Assembly (NCBI RefSeq): GCF_009914755.1
Contig: NC_060938.1
DNA: 64,000 nt
From: the human T2T-CHM13v2.0 reference genome, Homo sapiens
Strand: one strand, 5' to 3'
In this document: piece after piece, positions 1 to 13,479 of the stretch
How positions within the stretch are numbered: the first letter of the stretch is position 1
Layout of the letters: each line of letters begins with the position of its first letter
Position numbers and translations under genes: made by a program
Notes under the pieces: model-generated
What the model was told of the DNA's origin: nothing
Databases searched by the model: none
What the model saw: only the letters and a program-made list of their open reading frames with translations

Positions 1-929
1 TGCTATTGTTTCTCTGTTTTGTACCAGTTCTACAGGGAAAAGTACGAATGCCTCTGTCTGCCTTTCAAGTGCCTCTGAAGATCTAGGGGAGCCTGGCTTT
101 CTGCCCGCACTTCCCACACGCCCTCTCTCTGCTCCCCCTTCCCGGTGCCGGTCTCCTCCTGCATTACCTTTTGAATTTTGCTCCCACAGGTTCCTTCCCC
201 CAGAATTCCCAGCTCTGCTATCATTATTTCCCCACACCTACCCTTCCCTCTTGCTGAACGCAGCCTCCTTTCAAAGTCTTCAACAATCTCCCAGTTGAAG
301 TCATCTCCCCATCCCTGAAGCCTGTTGCACTTTGTCTGTCTTCTCCAAACCTTGGCATTTTCATGCCTCCAAATAACATGATTTATATCCTTTCTCCCAT
401 GGTGAGCTGTGAACACAGAGGGCTGAACAACACCTCACTCCATGAAAATAGCCTTATACTGTTATCTACAAAAGTCCTTTTTGTATGAAGGAGTGAGGAA
501 ATGAGTCAATGCGTCCAACACAACAGTGAACAATCAAGGCACTGCTCCATGGTGCTGCTCCTTAGCTCAAAGCCCCTTCGACACAAGGCAGCCCCCAGGA
601 ATGAGGCTGAAACTCAGCATCCCTGAGAGACTAGCTGGCCTCCCTCTCTTCCCCTCCTGTGCCTCACCCTCCTCCCCAGACCCCCTCCTCTGGCTCCAAC
701 AGACCCCAGGAGAGCCTGCCACAAGGACTACTACACCAGCCTGATTTAGCCCCTTCCAGACACCACCTGCCTGAACTCACAATCCCAGTGCTTCTTCTTT
801 CATGGAAAATAATACGCATTCAAGGTCCAGTTTATGTATCATGTTCTTCCTGAAGCCTTCCCTGATACGTCTATGGAAAAGAATTCTTTTTTTCTGTGCT
901 CCTTGCTCAAACCCCTTTTTGTTGCTCTT

Positions 930-1243
930 GTTGTTTTGGTTTTTGTTTGCTTTTGCTTTTGTTTTTGTGATAGGGTCTTGCTCTGACTAGAGTACAGTGG
1001 TGTGATCATAGCTCACTGCAGCCTCAATTTCCTAGGCTCAAATGATCCTCCAGCCTCAGCCTCTCAAGTAGCTGAGACCACAGGCACACACCACAACACA
1101 CAGCTAAATTAAAAAAAAATATTTGCAGAGATGCCTTCTCACTATGTCACCCAATCTGGTCTTGAACTCCTGGCCTCAAGCAATCCTCCTACCTTGGCTT
1201 CCTAAAATACTGGGATTATAGGCATGAGCCACCCTGTCTGGCC
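930..1243 (-). mobile_element. AluJ SINE
   Basis: Antisense Alu dimer with degenerate (TTTTG)n tail and J-type diagnostics (gatcatagctcactgcagcctc, ggctcaaatgatcctcc). Confidence 0.9.
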
Positions 1244-1339
1244 CACGTGTGTTTTATTACTTTTAGTACTGTATCAGAATTTCTGTGGCTTTGTTTTGTG
1301 TGTGTTTGTGGGTTTTGCCATCTACACATCTATTGCCCA

Positions 1340-1915
1340 CACTGAAGATAGGCTCTTCAAGACTCAATAATTTTCCACTGTGGTGGTTGTTAACATTGAT
1401 TAAGCTCTTGCTATAGGTTAGGCCTTGTGTTAACATAAAAGATCCTATAAAATCTTCACAGCAAGAATACCAGGGTGGTATCATGCCCATGCTCCCTTTT
1501 GAAAATGAGGCAAGCAGAATGTAGAGTCACACAGGTAGCGAGAAGCACAGAGGTGCTCACCCTAGACTGCCTGGGCCTATGGTCTGTGCTTGCAGGCACT
1601 GCATTGTGTGGTTTGCCTCTGCAGCTCTCCCCAGCACAGTGCAAAGGGTGCTTTGCTGCCACCACACATTTGTGGAGATGGAAGAACAACCATGATCAAC
1701 TCAGTAAGCTCTTCTCAACGTGTACCAGGCACCAAGTACCTTGCATCACCTCATGTAATCCCTACAACATCTCAACAAGCAGAGTGCTATTGTTTCTCTC
1801 TCTTTAGAGATGAAGAAGCCAGGGTTTAAAAGAACCTAATTCATTTGTCCAATATCACATGGCTGTATGTGTCAAAGACCACACCCAGACCCAGGTCCTG
1901 CAGGCTCCAGAAATG
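1340..1915. mobile_element. MIR fragments, both orientations
   Basis: MIR-like segments (aatcttcacagcaa...aaaatgaggcaagcaga; ttagagatgaagaagcc...aatatcacatggc). Confidence 0.55.
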
Positions 1916-2232
1916 AGATGTTTATTATTCATCAACCTAACTGGGGCTGCAGTTTGTTTTTGCCCAATTCATAGATAATTCTATCTAATTATTTAGGAGG
2001 TTGTATAAGTCAATCACAACTTGACCTCAAATGACACCGCAGAAGCTCTGCTCACAGCTGCCCAAGTCATTCACCAGAGGTGAGGCACCCCTCTCTGAAG
2101 CTGAATGCCCTGTCTCAACTCTAAGAGAGCCTTCACCCAATAGGAGAAGGTGTGCTCACTTGCACCCACACACAGAGGAAGGCCAGGACTCACCTACGCC
2201 TGGGCTTACAGAGCAAATTCAAAGTGCAGATA

Positions 2233-2387
2233 CTGTAATCCCAGCACTTTGGGAGGCCAAGGCAAGTGGATCACCTGAGGTCAGCAGTTCAAGACCAGCC
2301 TGGCCAACATGGAAAAACCCTGTCTCTACTAAAAATACAAAAATTAGCCAGGGCGTGGCCACACATGCCTGTAATCCAAGCTACTCG
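2233..2387 (+). mobile_element. Internal AluS fragment, truncated at both ends
   Basis: ctgtaatcccagcactttgggagg...ctactcg; no 5' GGCCGGG, no poly-A, no TSD. Confidence 0.9.
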
Positions 2388-2394
2388 AGTGGCC

Positions 2395-2790
2395 TTTATG
2401 GGAAGATGCTTTCCGTCAAAACGGCCGATCAGTTCAAAGAGCTCCTTGTATTACAGGTAGGTCAGTGTGGCTAGAGATGAAGGAAGAAGTTAGGAGAGGA
2501 GCTGGGGCCAGTCCCAGTAGAGTACGTTGGGCCAAGAAAGGAGCTTGGAGTGTATTGGACTTGCATTGGGAAGGTGTTGGAGGTTGAAGGTGGTGGGTGA
2601 TGAGAGTGATAGAGAGCATCTTTGGGGGCCACAAGGAGAAGGACTGGAGGCCGATGTGAGTAAAGGAGACTGGGAGTCCAGGGAAACACTCATGGGAGTT
2701 GAGATGGTCGCCAGGAGTAGGGACTCCCCCGGGTCACGGGGCCAAGTGATGAGATTCTGGGACACATGCTGGAAGCAGGGCCAACTGTAG
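2395..2790 (-). mobile_element. L2 LINE fragment
   Basis: Purine-rich L2-like sequence (gtcagtgtggctagag, ggagcttggagtgtatt, gattctgggacac). Confidence 0.6.
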
Positions 2791-5700
2791 CTCCTTTTGG
2801 CACACCCAGATGAAAGCTTAATCCACCCTCACTGAGAAATAAAAGACAAAAGATTCCTGCCTTCTGCAGTAGTGAAATGTGAGGCTGAGGCCCTCTGTCA
2901 CCAATGAACTCATGCAAAGGCACAAATAATTTCATTATACATTGTTATATCTCAGAGTCATGGTGTAGAAAGGGCTCTGGAGATCACTCATCTCATGTCC
3001 TCACTTATTCCTTAAATGCAAGGCCATGTCCTAGGGGAAAACCTTCCCATGTGGCAGAGCAGAGACCAACCTGAGTCAGATTTTCAAACTGCTAGTCTGA
3101 TACTTGGTTTACGATGCTGTCAAAGGGGCATGGACACTAAGATCTCTGAGCAGCCCAAGACTCTGTGTTCTATCCACTCCTTGACCATATCATGTATGCC
3201 AGCCACGAACTCGACACTTGCTGAGCATATGCAACTACCACGTACCTGCCCTGTGGTCTATGCTGGGGCACCTGGAAGGAGGGCTGGCCTGGTTCTCACC
3301 CCCACTTAGCTTTTGGAGGAGTGTCTGTCGCTTGATCAGTGGGGTCATGCAGGGTGGTCATTTATGACCTTCGACATAACCAATGACACAGGACAACAGA
3401 CACAGAGATTCAGCAACCTGCTTATTCTCTACAGTGTGTCCAAGACAGACACTGCTCTGAGGACCAAAGAGAAGCCTGTGCAAAGTATCTGGTCAATGTT
3501 CAAAGGCTCTGTGGCTGTCAGCGATGCAACAGGATTTTGAAAAATTCTATCCTCGCCCAGAGTTGCAGCCTGGGGCAAATAAGTCAGGCATACGTACTGA
3601 GGTCAGAAAGGGAGAAATCAGAAAGATCCCAGACTGCACAAACGATGCTTTAAGATGTCCCAGTATAGAAAGGCCAGGCGCTAGGGTGAGGAGAGGAGGA
3701 GAGAGACAAGGAAGGAATGAGGAGGGGCAGGACATGGGAATGAGACAGAAGGGGAAAGCCACAGCAGTTGCAGAATGTACTCAGAGTGAAAAAGGAAGAA
3801 AGGTAATTTGAGAGCCCTGGCCTCCATCTGCTCAGACTCTGAGGATAAAAGCAAAGGGAGGATTAGGTGACCTGAGGAGGGGCCGCAGCAGGGCCCTCTC
3901 ACCCCCACAAGTGCACCCAGGATAAAAATGCCATTTATTAGCCCCATGCATGGTAATTATATTTAATACTGACCCTGATTCCTTTTGTCTATGGTAAGTA
4001 ATGAAAGCTGCTCTGTTTGAGTTTGAGGGCTTCTAAGTGACCCATTTGCAACTCCTACTTCTATCCCAGGCTTGCAGTCAAAATAGGACAATGGGAAGCC
4101 ATGGGCATGAGCATTCAGGTTGTGCATGTGGCTCGCTCTAAGAGAAGTTTCTGAAGCTGCATAGTCTAGTGTGGAAAGGAGATGCATGTTTAGAATTCAG
4201 GATGTCTAGGGTTTTAGAAAGGTAATATGGCATGGACATCCTATGTAACGGCCTCCATCAGGGTTCCAGAGAGGCCTCCTCTCCAATTCCCACTGTTCTT
4301 CTCAGAATTCATCACCAACTGACATGGTAGCTGTGTTTGTTTAAGTAACTCTTGAGAACATGTGGCCACGAGGCAGAGATTTTACTTTGTGTGTCATTAC
4401 TTTATATCTGTGTCCAGAACAGCAATTAGCACATGGTAGATGTTCCATAAATGTGTGAAGGATGAATCGTGTACCGTCACCTCCTAAGACTTCAGGGACT
4501 TGGAGATCAATAACATATAACTGACTCAGTATGGCTTATTACAAACGATCACACACGGATCATGCGTGTGGAGCACTTACCATGTGATACATCCTGGCCT
4601 AAGCACTCTCCTTGGATTAAATTTATTTCATCCCCACTACAAAATGTTGAAGTTGCTTTTGATGTTAATCCTCAAAACTGGGGAAAGAATACAGAAGTGG
4701 CTTGGTCAGGGCCACACAGCTAGGAAGCAGTTCAGGGGGCCCTCACTCAGCCTACCTGACCTCAGACCCCCCAGGTGAGGACTGGAGGAGGCACTGCGAC
4801 CACAAATCAAGTGACCGTGGCGGAACACAACAAATGTTCCCTTGAACCACAAATGAGGAGACAACGCCCTGCATCCAGGGAGTGGGGCAGGAATGGAGGA
4901 ATCTTGGTGGAGAAGAGCAGCCACAAGCCTGTGACTTCTGCATCCTCTTTTTAGAATTCTCTTTTCTCAACTGTCATCAGGGTGCTTGGCAGTACCTGGA
5001 CTTTCTCTGCTTCCCTCTCTCAGATGTCAATTCTACATATGTGGGTCTAATTACAAGATAATTCACTCAGTTTTCCTCTGCTTGGCCTATGATAAATCCC
5101 ACTTTTGCAACAGTTATGTACCAGGCCTGTATTAATTTCTTTATGCCTATTCTTCAATGCAACCTTTGAAGCAGGGATTGTTACCACCGTCATTTGGGGA
5201 GGAGACAGAAGACAGGGGAGATGAAGGGCCCTGTCCCTGAGTCTGCACTGAGTACAAAGTGTGTATCCTCCTAGCTGGCCCCTGCTTCATGCTCCGGGTG
5301 CCTTCAAGCATTCCAGCAGTGGCTGATGTCCATCTCAGGCGGGCAGTGGGTGTTCCCAACCTGTCCACTTGCATCCTCTGACAGCCACTCACTCTCCATG
5401 ACCTCCTTTAGAACAATTTCATGCCTCCAAAAAAATAGATGTTGCTGTAGGATATTTTAAGTAAGTTTTTCTTCCAAATGCAAAATTAACACTCACTATT
5501 GTAGAAAATAGTTAAAATCAGAAGACTGTAGATATAAGAATAAATATTCTGGCATCTAGATATTATCATCGAGGGGTTTTTAAAATAGTTTTCTCTTCAC
5601 TTTGAACACTGTTTTTGAACACCGATAATATCATGGTGTAGATAAATGCAGATCCTACTGTTTTCATCTGAAACAGAGGGCAGAGAAATATCCAATATTT

Positions 5701-5861
5701 CAACATATTTTGTTTGTGTATTTCATCTTTATTCATCTATATTAATAGCATAATACAATATATGAATGGTATTTAAATGTTTTAGAAAATGAAGCTTTCT
5801 CTTAATTTTGAATGATTTACTGATGGCAGATTTTTCAGCCTAATAGTTGTCAGAGGTAAAT

Positions 5862-5863
5862 AC

Positions 5864-5916
<53 letters not shown>
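5862..5916. repeat. (TA)n microsatellite
   Basis: Long uninterrupted TA run. Confidence 0.97.
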
Positions 5917-5917
<1 letters not shown>

Positions 5918-6158
5918 CTGTTGATACATACCCTAAAGCTACTTGTTAAGACCTGACCATGCCAGCCACCACCATGCTGAGGGATTTATCAATATTACCT
6001 CATTTAATCAGCACAGCAGCACTCCGGGAGGGCAAAGTCATTATGCCTATTTTACAGGTAAAGAAACGGAGCCTCAGAGGGGTCCACCATGTGCCCATGT
6101 CATACGGTTTTCAACTGGTCAAAATCCCTGAAGCCTGCCTGTTCTTAAACCAAACCTA

Positions 6159-6468
<310 letters not shown>

Positions 6469-6867
6469 CTAACATAATCTAGATGTGGTCCCTACCCAAA
6501 TCTCATGTTGAAATGTAATCCCCAGTGTCGGAGGTGGAGCCTGGTGGGAGGTAACTGGATCATGGGGGTGGATCTCCCCCTTGGCCCTGTCCTCACAATA
6601 GTGAACGAGTCCTCGTGATAACAGGTTGTTTAAAAGTGTGTGGAATGCCCTTCTCTCTCTCAATGCTCTAGCCATGCAAGACATGCCACTCCCCTTCACC
6701 TTCCACCATGATTATAAGTTTCCTGAGGCCCCCTCAGAAGCCGGGCAGATGCCAACACCATGCTTCCTATATAGCCTGCAGAACCATGAGCCAATTAAAC
6801 CTCTTTTCTTTGTAAATTATCCAGTCTCAGGTATTTCTTTATAGCAATATGAGAATGGACTAATACA
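6469..6867 (+). mobile_element. MST-family (MaLR) solo LTR
   Basis: cccaaatctcatgttgaaatgtaatcccc...gccaattaaacctcttttc...ggactaataca terminus. Confidence 0.88.
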
Positions 6868-7049
6868 AAACCCTTATCCTGCTTTCCAAAACCAGTCCCA
6901 TTCACGTACACTGTCATCTGTTGTGGACGAAATTACCTTAGCTTGTTTGGACCTTTCCAGCTGGTTCCCTTAAATATGTGTGTTGCGGGGGGGATTTTTT
7001 GTAATAATATATTTTATTAGCCCTTCTTTGTCTCTGGTCAAAAAAATTA

Positions 7050-7250
7050 CACTGGACATATTAAGGATGGAGGGTGGAAGGAGGGAGAGTAAGAGAAAAA
7101 ATAACTACTGGGTACTAGGCTTAATGCCTGGGTGATGAAATAATCTGTAAAACAAACCTCTGTGACAATAGTTTATCTATATAACTAACCTGCACATGTA
7201 CCCCCGAACCTAAAATAAAGGTTAAACAATAAAGAAAAAACAATAAAGAA
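7050..7250 (+). mobile_element. L1PA/PB 3' UTR end
   Basis: gggtactaggcttaat...ctgggtgatgaaataatctgt...acctgcacatgtacccc...cctaaaataaa. Confidence 0.88.
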
Positions 7251-7276
7251 ATGCAATAGTAATGCTAACGTACATT

Positions 7277-7553
7277 CTTTGAGATAAGATCTCACTCTGT
7301 CACCCAGGCTGGAGTATAGTGGGCTCACTAGAGCCTTGACCTCCCCAGGCTCAGATGGTCCTCCCACCTCAGCCTCCCAGGTAGTTTGGACTACAGGTGC
7401 ACTCTATCAAAACTGGCTAAGTTTTGTATTTTTTGTAGAGACGGGGTTTCACCATGTTGCCCAGGCTAGTCTTGAACTCCCGGGCTCAAACGATCCACCC
7501 ACCTCGGCCTCCCAATGTGCTGGGATTATAGGTGTGAGCCACTGCACCAGGCA
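7277..7553 (-). mobile_element. AluJ SINE
   Basis: Antisense Alu dimer, J-type (ggctcaaacgatccaccc). Confidence 0.9.
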
Positions 7554-7769
7554 CTAATGTACATTTCTATAGGCCTCTAACTTAGAACATTTTATATGCA
7601 ATCTTTACTTCCATTCACTAAACAACTTTAAAGGGAGAATGGTTAGCCTCGTTTTCCAAGTTTCCCTTTGACCCTTCAACTGGTCGACTGCAGTCCTTGA
7701 CTCATGTCCTCAGCCTTAATTCCTCCCCACTAAGCACAACCTCAACCTTCAGTGCAAAAATAATTAGGA

Positions 7770-8480
7770 ATGAAAATGTACATTAACACAAAAACCTGGA
7801 CATGAATATTCATAGCAGTTTTATTCACAATATCCCCAAACTGGAAACAATTCAGGAGTCCTTCAATAGGTAAATGGTTAAATAAACTCTGATACATTCA
7901 TACCATGAAATACTGCTGAGAAATAAAGAGAAATCAACTACTATTTCAGGCAATAGTGTGGATGAATCTCAAAGGAGTTGAGTGGAAAAAAGTCAAAACC
8001 TAAAAATTACATACAGTATGATTATATTTATATAGTGTTCTTGAAATAGCAAAGTTATAGACATGGAAAATCAATTAGTGATTGCCAGGGTTTAGTGATG
8101 GGGGAGATGGGAGCAGAAGGGAGATGGGCATGGTGTAGTTATTAAAGGTTAACATGTGGGATCCTTGTGGTGATGGCACTCTAGTATCTTGACTGACATG
8201 GTGCATACATAAATCTATAGCATGTAATAAAATTATGTAAGAACGAGCTGAACGAAATGTACACAAGCATAACTACAAGTCACACTGGGGAAATGTGAAT
8301 AAGACTGGTGGACTGCATCAAGGTCCTTAATCTGGTTATGATATCATGGGATGGTGTTGCAAAACCCTGCCATCGTGGGAAACTGGGTAACATCTACACC
8401 AGATCCCTCTGTATTATTCCGCACAACTGCTTATGAATCTGAAATTCTCTCAATTAAAAAATTAATTAAAAATAAATAAA
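7770..8480 (+). mobile_element. L1MC 3' region
   Basis: cacaaaaacctg...catagcagttttattcacaat...gggaaactgggtaa...acaactgcttatgaatct...aattaaaaa. Confidence 0.8.
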
Positions 8481-8678
8481 TTAGAAGGATGAAGGGATAT
8501 GAAACATTTTCACCCTCGGTGAAATTGATCTGGGTTATTCATTAGAATTCTGTTAATTTTAGGGGTCCCAAAGCATCTTCTCTATTGAATCTCCTCTTGG
8601 GGAGAGACTGAGAAGTGGTCAGAGTTTAGAATATATGTCTATTTTTGAGTGGGAATCACCCAGCCAGGAGCACAGCAT

Positions 8679-8746
8679 GATTGGAAGGTTGAGGTCACAG
8701 TTTCCCCCGCTTTCTCTCCATCCCCGCCACCCACCCCCGCCACCCC
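8679..8746. promoter_or_regulatory. GC-box/CCAAT cluster with minus-strand G-quadruplex motif
   Basis: gattgg at ~8679; CCCCGCC twice; C-runs at 8722-25, 8730-32, 8734-38, 8743-46 with loops of 4 nt or less. Confidence 0.35.
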
Positions 8747-9197
8747 AACTGCTCACAACCTTGAATTCGAAGAGTTTTAACTTGAAAGAAAGGACAATTT
8801 TGCTCCGATGTTTTCTAATTTTGCTGTAACTGCTACCAGCTGTGAGTTAATGTAGACCATATTCCAGGAGGCATCCTGAAGCCTTTTTCATGTTTTCCAG
8901 TTGCCTGAGAGCTGACATGGTTAAATAAGTGGAGAGGGTAGGCAACACAGAGCCTGGTTTTATGTGCTGGTTTTCCAAGCTGTGCGGGTTCTCATTTCAG
9001 TGTCTTAAGACGCTGGAGGTGAGCAGATTTCTGGCTCTGGGTCCAGAGCACCGCGGAGGACTTGGCAGGACACTGGTTTCTGCTGTTCAGCAGTCAGCTA
9101 TGTGCGATATCCAGATTTGAGCTGTGGGGAGCTGCTCTCATTAACCTTGGTCGATCTTCCTGTGTTAAGTTGGGAATGTCATAAACACACCAGGCCT

Positions 9198-9243
9198 AGA
9201 GAGAGAGAAAGAGAAAAGGTGAGAGAGAAAGAGAGAGAGAGAT
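9198..9243. repeat. (GA)n-rich simple repeat
   Basis: agagagagagaaagagaaaaggtgagagagaaagagagagaga. Confidence 0.85.
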
Positions 9244-9477
9244 GCTACCTTATTGTCCAAGAAACTCCAGAAGAGGGTGGTTCATCTCTCTCAGAGTCAT
9301 TCATTTACTGTTTTAGCAAAAACTAGGAACCCACTATGGGCCAGCTCTCCCGGGGATTGGCTCTACCTCCCAGTTGCTCCTCCATTTCCAGTGGACAAAA
9401 CGCATTCACATTTATGTCAAGAATTCAATCTCAAAACACCACTTTAGGGCGGTCAGTGTTAGAAGCACTATCCTATT

Positions 9478-9792
9478 ATTTATTTATTTTTTTTTATTTT
9501 TATTTTTTTTTGAGACAGGGTCTCCCGTTTTGTTGTGCAGGCTGGAGTGCAGTGGCACAATCTCAGCTCATGCAGCCTCAACCTCCCTGGACTCAGGTGG
9601 TCTCCAGCCTCAGCCTCCTGAGTAGCTGCGAACACAAACACTTGCCACCAAGCCCAGCTAATTTTTGTAGTTTTTGTAGAGACAGAGTTTTGCCATTTTG
9701 CCCAGGCTGGTCTCAAACCCTTGGGCTCAAGCCATCCACTGGCCTCCGCCTCCCAAAGTGCTGAAATTCAGGCATGAGCCACCACACCTGGC
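9478..9792 (-). mobile_element. AluJ SINE
   Basis: Poly-T/TTTA tail, gagacagggtctc..., ends ccacacctggcc. Confidence 0.9.
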
Positions 9793-10394
9793 CAGCAATG
9801 CTATTTTAAACAGATGAAGAAAGAGATACAGAGCCGTGTCCCGTGCAGGACCACACAGTACAAAATAACAGATCTAGGAGTGGAGTTCACGTGTTTCATA
9901 GGCAAGATGCCCTCAATTATACCGTTAGAAAATGTATTGGTAATTAAAAATTAAGCCCTACCTGGGAAACTCCAGTACAATAAATAGAAAGGCCAGGAGG
10001 AGAGACTGGGAGCACAGGCAAATAGGAGACATCTTCTCTCATGGGAAGACAGTGCTTCTACGGCCTCCCAAGTAATTTCACGTCATCCACAGAAGGACTC
10101 TCCACCACAGAGAATATTCCCCTCAATCTACAGGTGATAAAACTGGGGCTAGTAGAGGCTAAATGTCTTGGCCAAGGTCTCAAGGAACATTAAAATCCAG
10201 ATCAACTGATATGGAGTCGCAAAGTCTTCACAGGACATTCTGCTTCTATCAAATAATCAACGGGCACTTTGAGCATGCACTTAATGCTTTGCTTTCCAGA
10301 TCAACTGAACACACCTGTTCTCTTTTTTTTTTTTTTTAATGGAGAGGCTAATCCCAACCACAGGGCATTAAAGATGCCATGTGTAAAAAGCACT

Positions 10395-10875
10395 AAGCTG
10401 GGCCCTGCCGGGCACGCGGAGCTGGGGTCGTTCCCTCCAAGTTTAGGTGGCCAAGCGCAGGTGGATGTGCAGGTGCGCATGCGCAGCTCGGCCTGGGGGA
10501 ACAGAGCGGGGGCGCTGGTCCCACCCTCCTGGGCGCCGTGGGAGGCACTGGCAACTCTTCTCCTGTGTGCTCAGCTACCTCCAGTCGACCTCTCAGACCC
10601 AGCCAGCCCTGCAACTTCAAGCAGATCTCTGCTTCTCTTTTGGTGGTAGCCGTCCTTGGTCCTGGCCTCCCACGCCCATCCCGGAGGCCATCTGAGGGCC
10701 AGGAGGACCGGGACAGCGGCTGGTCCTCCCTGCCAGCGGCTCCCCTGGGGCCCGGATCGCAGCCCCTCCACACACTCCACATGGGCTCAGTGAGGAGCCG
10801 GGCCTAGGAAGGCAGCAGCAGCAACAGCCCAGGGCGACACAATTCCCATGGGGTCCCTGCAGTGCCACCCGGCCC
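10395..10875. promoter_or_regulatory. Small CpG-island-like promoter with NRF1 site
   Basis: Local GC and CpG enrichment; perfect TGCGCATGCGCA palindrome at 10474-10485; two CAGGTG E-boxes (10458, 10470); followed by a pyrimidine-rich tract to ~11200. Confidence 0.65.
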
Positions 10876-12103
10876 TCAGGCCCCCTTCTCCATCCCCTTC
10901 CCTCTCCCTTCCAAAGTCCTGCGGGCTCCTTCTTCTTCTTCTTCTCACCCCCCTTTCCCAGGCTGTGTTCTCTCTGCCTTTTATCCGTCACCTTTTTTCC
11001 CCCTCCTTCCCTCTCCTCCCTGCCCCTCCTCTGTGTCCCTTTGCCTGGGCTGTGGCCTCTCCCTTTTTCCTCTGTCCCCTGGTCTCTGTGTCCCGCCTCC
11101 ATTCATGGTCTCAGCGCGGCCTCTCTAGTTGCTCCGTCTCCTGTGCCCTCTACTCCCACCCCCCGCCCCATACACATTCCCTCCCTGGGGGCTCTTTCCC
11201 ACTGTACAAGGCAAGGCCTTTCATCCAGAGCGGCCTGACCTCTGCACAATGTTTGCTTTGTCCTGGGGGTTTGGAGCCAAATGAAGACAGGGGCACGAGT
11301 GTCCCTCTCAGCCCTGGCTCGGCCTCCTCCACTGGCCCTCATTGTTCTGCTGTGTCTGGGAGCCCAGCCCTCCACAGCTGCCTGACCCAACCAGCTCCAG
11401 TCAGCTTCACATCCCACAGAGAACAGGGAGCCAAAACTCAGCAGCAGCAATGCCTCCTGTCTCATTAGTATTATTTTAAGGATCATCATGGTCCTGCTGC
11501 GTGGAGAAATCTGAGTGGACAAATGGGCAGGCAGCTCTCCCGAGGAACATATATCTCCAAAACATGCATAAAACTGAAACAGACCATTAGGTGTTGCCCT
11601 GTGCAGTCTACAATTTTCCTGATGAGTCAGGCTCTGTGCATTTGGGAAGGAAGGTCACTAGCCCTAGCCCCATGGGTACAAGGCTAGTGATATTTATATC
11701 ACCTGGAATAAAGTAAAATAAATACTACATGGAGGCCAGAGATTGTAGTGAAGAAAGCTGAAAAATATTGTGATTGTCAGAGACGCGTGGAATACAGTGT
11801 GTCGGCGGTGGGCCTTAGATGATCCTGTCCTTGGTCCGCTCAGGTGAAAGCTAGAGAAATGGAGTGGCCCAGGACACCATACTCTAGTGGGGACAGTAGT
11901 AACCTGCACCATGTCCAAAGAAATGTGCTTAGAAGGGTATTCTTCAGTGCTCTTCTTAGGAGAAAGCTCCATGAGGAGGGGGGAACAAGCTTGCTCTGGG
12001 TAAGTCAATGAAGCCAATTTATCAACTCATTCACCAAATATTTATTGAGGACTTTGTCCATGTCGAGGGTGAAGAGCGGCACTGGGGATTCAGTGGAAAA
12101 TAG

Positions 12104-12539
<436 letters not shown>

Positions 12540-13099
12540 AGGAGATGGGTTTTAATCAACCCAAGGAGGAATGTTCAGACAGTCAGAGGCATCCAAAGAC
12601 TCTGTGGGCAGCATGTGAGGTGAGGAGCCCCCCATTAATGGAGGTGTGTGTGCAGTGCCTGCATAATCTCATGACAGACACTACCAGGAGGGGCAAGCCC
12701 CAGCCAATGAAGTTAGACTGGATGAACCTGAAGATTCATTACAATTCTGGTAATTTCTGAAAATTAGGGAGTATAATTACTGATTATTGTCATTATATAA
12801 GTTCTAATAAAACATCTGCCTTTAATAGAGCTTCTCACCTGGGAGACACAGACAGTGGGATAAGGCTATGTCCAGCATCAGACAGACCTGTGGTGTATGC
12901 CAGCCACATTGGCTTTGTGAGCCTTAGCTTCCTACATTATGTAGGTAACTAAGGTGACTATACCAATTTTGTAGCATTTTTGTTATGATTAAACAAGATA
13001 TACTAATATATCTAATACATTATAATATATTACATATAAATATACTACTTATATTTATATAAATTTCATGTATTTATATATATGAAATAAAATCTAACT

Positions 13100-13313
13100 C
13101 AGGTTGAGTATCCCTTATCCAAAATTCTTGGGATCAGAGTGTTTCAGATTATGGATCTTCCCAGATTTTGTAACATTTGTAGTGCTGGCTTAGCATCCCT
13201 GATCCAGAAATCTGAAATCCAAAATGCTTTAATTTGCATTCTATTTGAGCATCATTTTTCAGATTTTGCAGCATTTCAGATTTCAGGTTTTCAGATTGGG
13301 ATTGCTCAATGTG
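13100..13313. mobile_element. Tigger4a/MER46-like non-autonomous DNA transposon
   Basis: TIR-like ends caggttgagtatccc / gggattgctcaatgtg, followed by TA; internal tttcagatt repeats. Confidence 0.8.
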
Positions 13314-13479
13314 TAATATATATGCATATTATATATTATTATACATAATGTTATATGATAAAGTGATAGAAATCTCTACCATGGTACATGACACTTAGTA
13401 GGCATTTGATAATGGGTTGTTATTATGATTTATCATTATTATTACTATTATCTCAGTACCAGAGTCACCGTATCATAAA

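Noticed and set aside
9044-9064. REST/RE1-like agcaccgcgga
   Set aside because: Lacks the TC flank and the CAG of the right half-site.
10500-10520. CTCF-like gggggcgctgg
   Set aside because: The 5' half of the core motif matches poorly.
10848-11468. 206-aa ORF next to the CpG island
   Set aside because: Pro/Ser/Leu low-complexity product of a pyrimidine tract; no recognisable domain.
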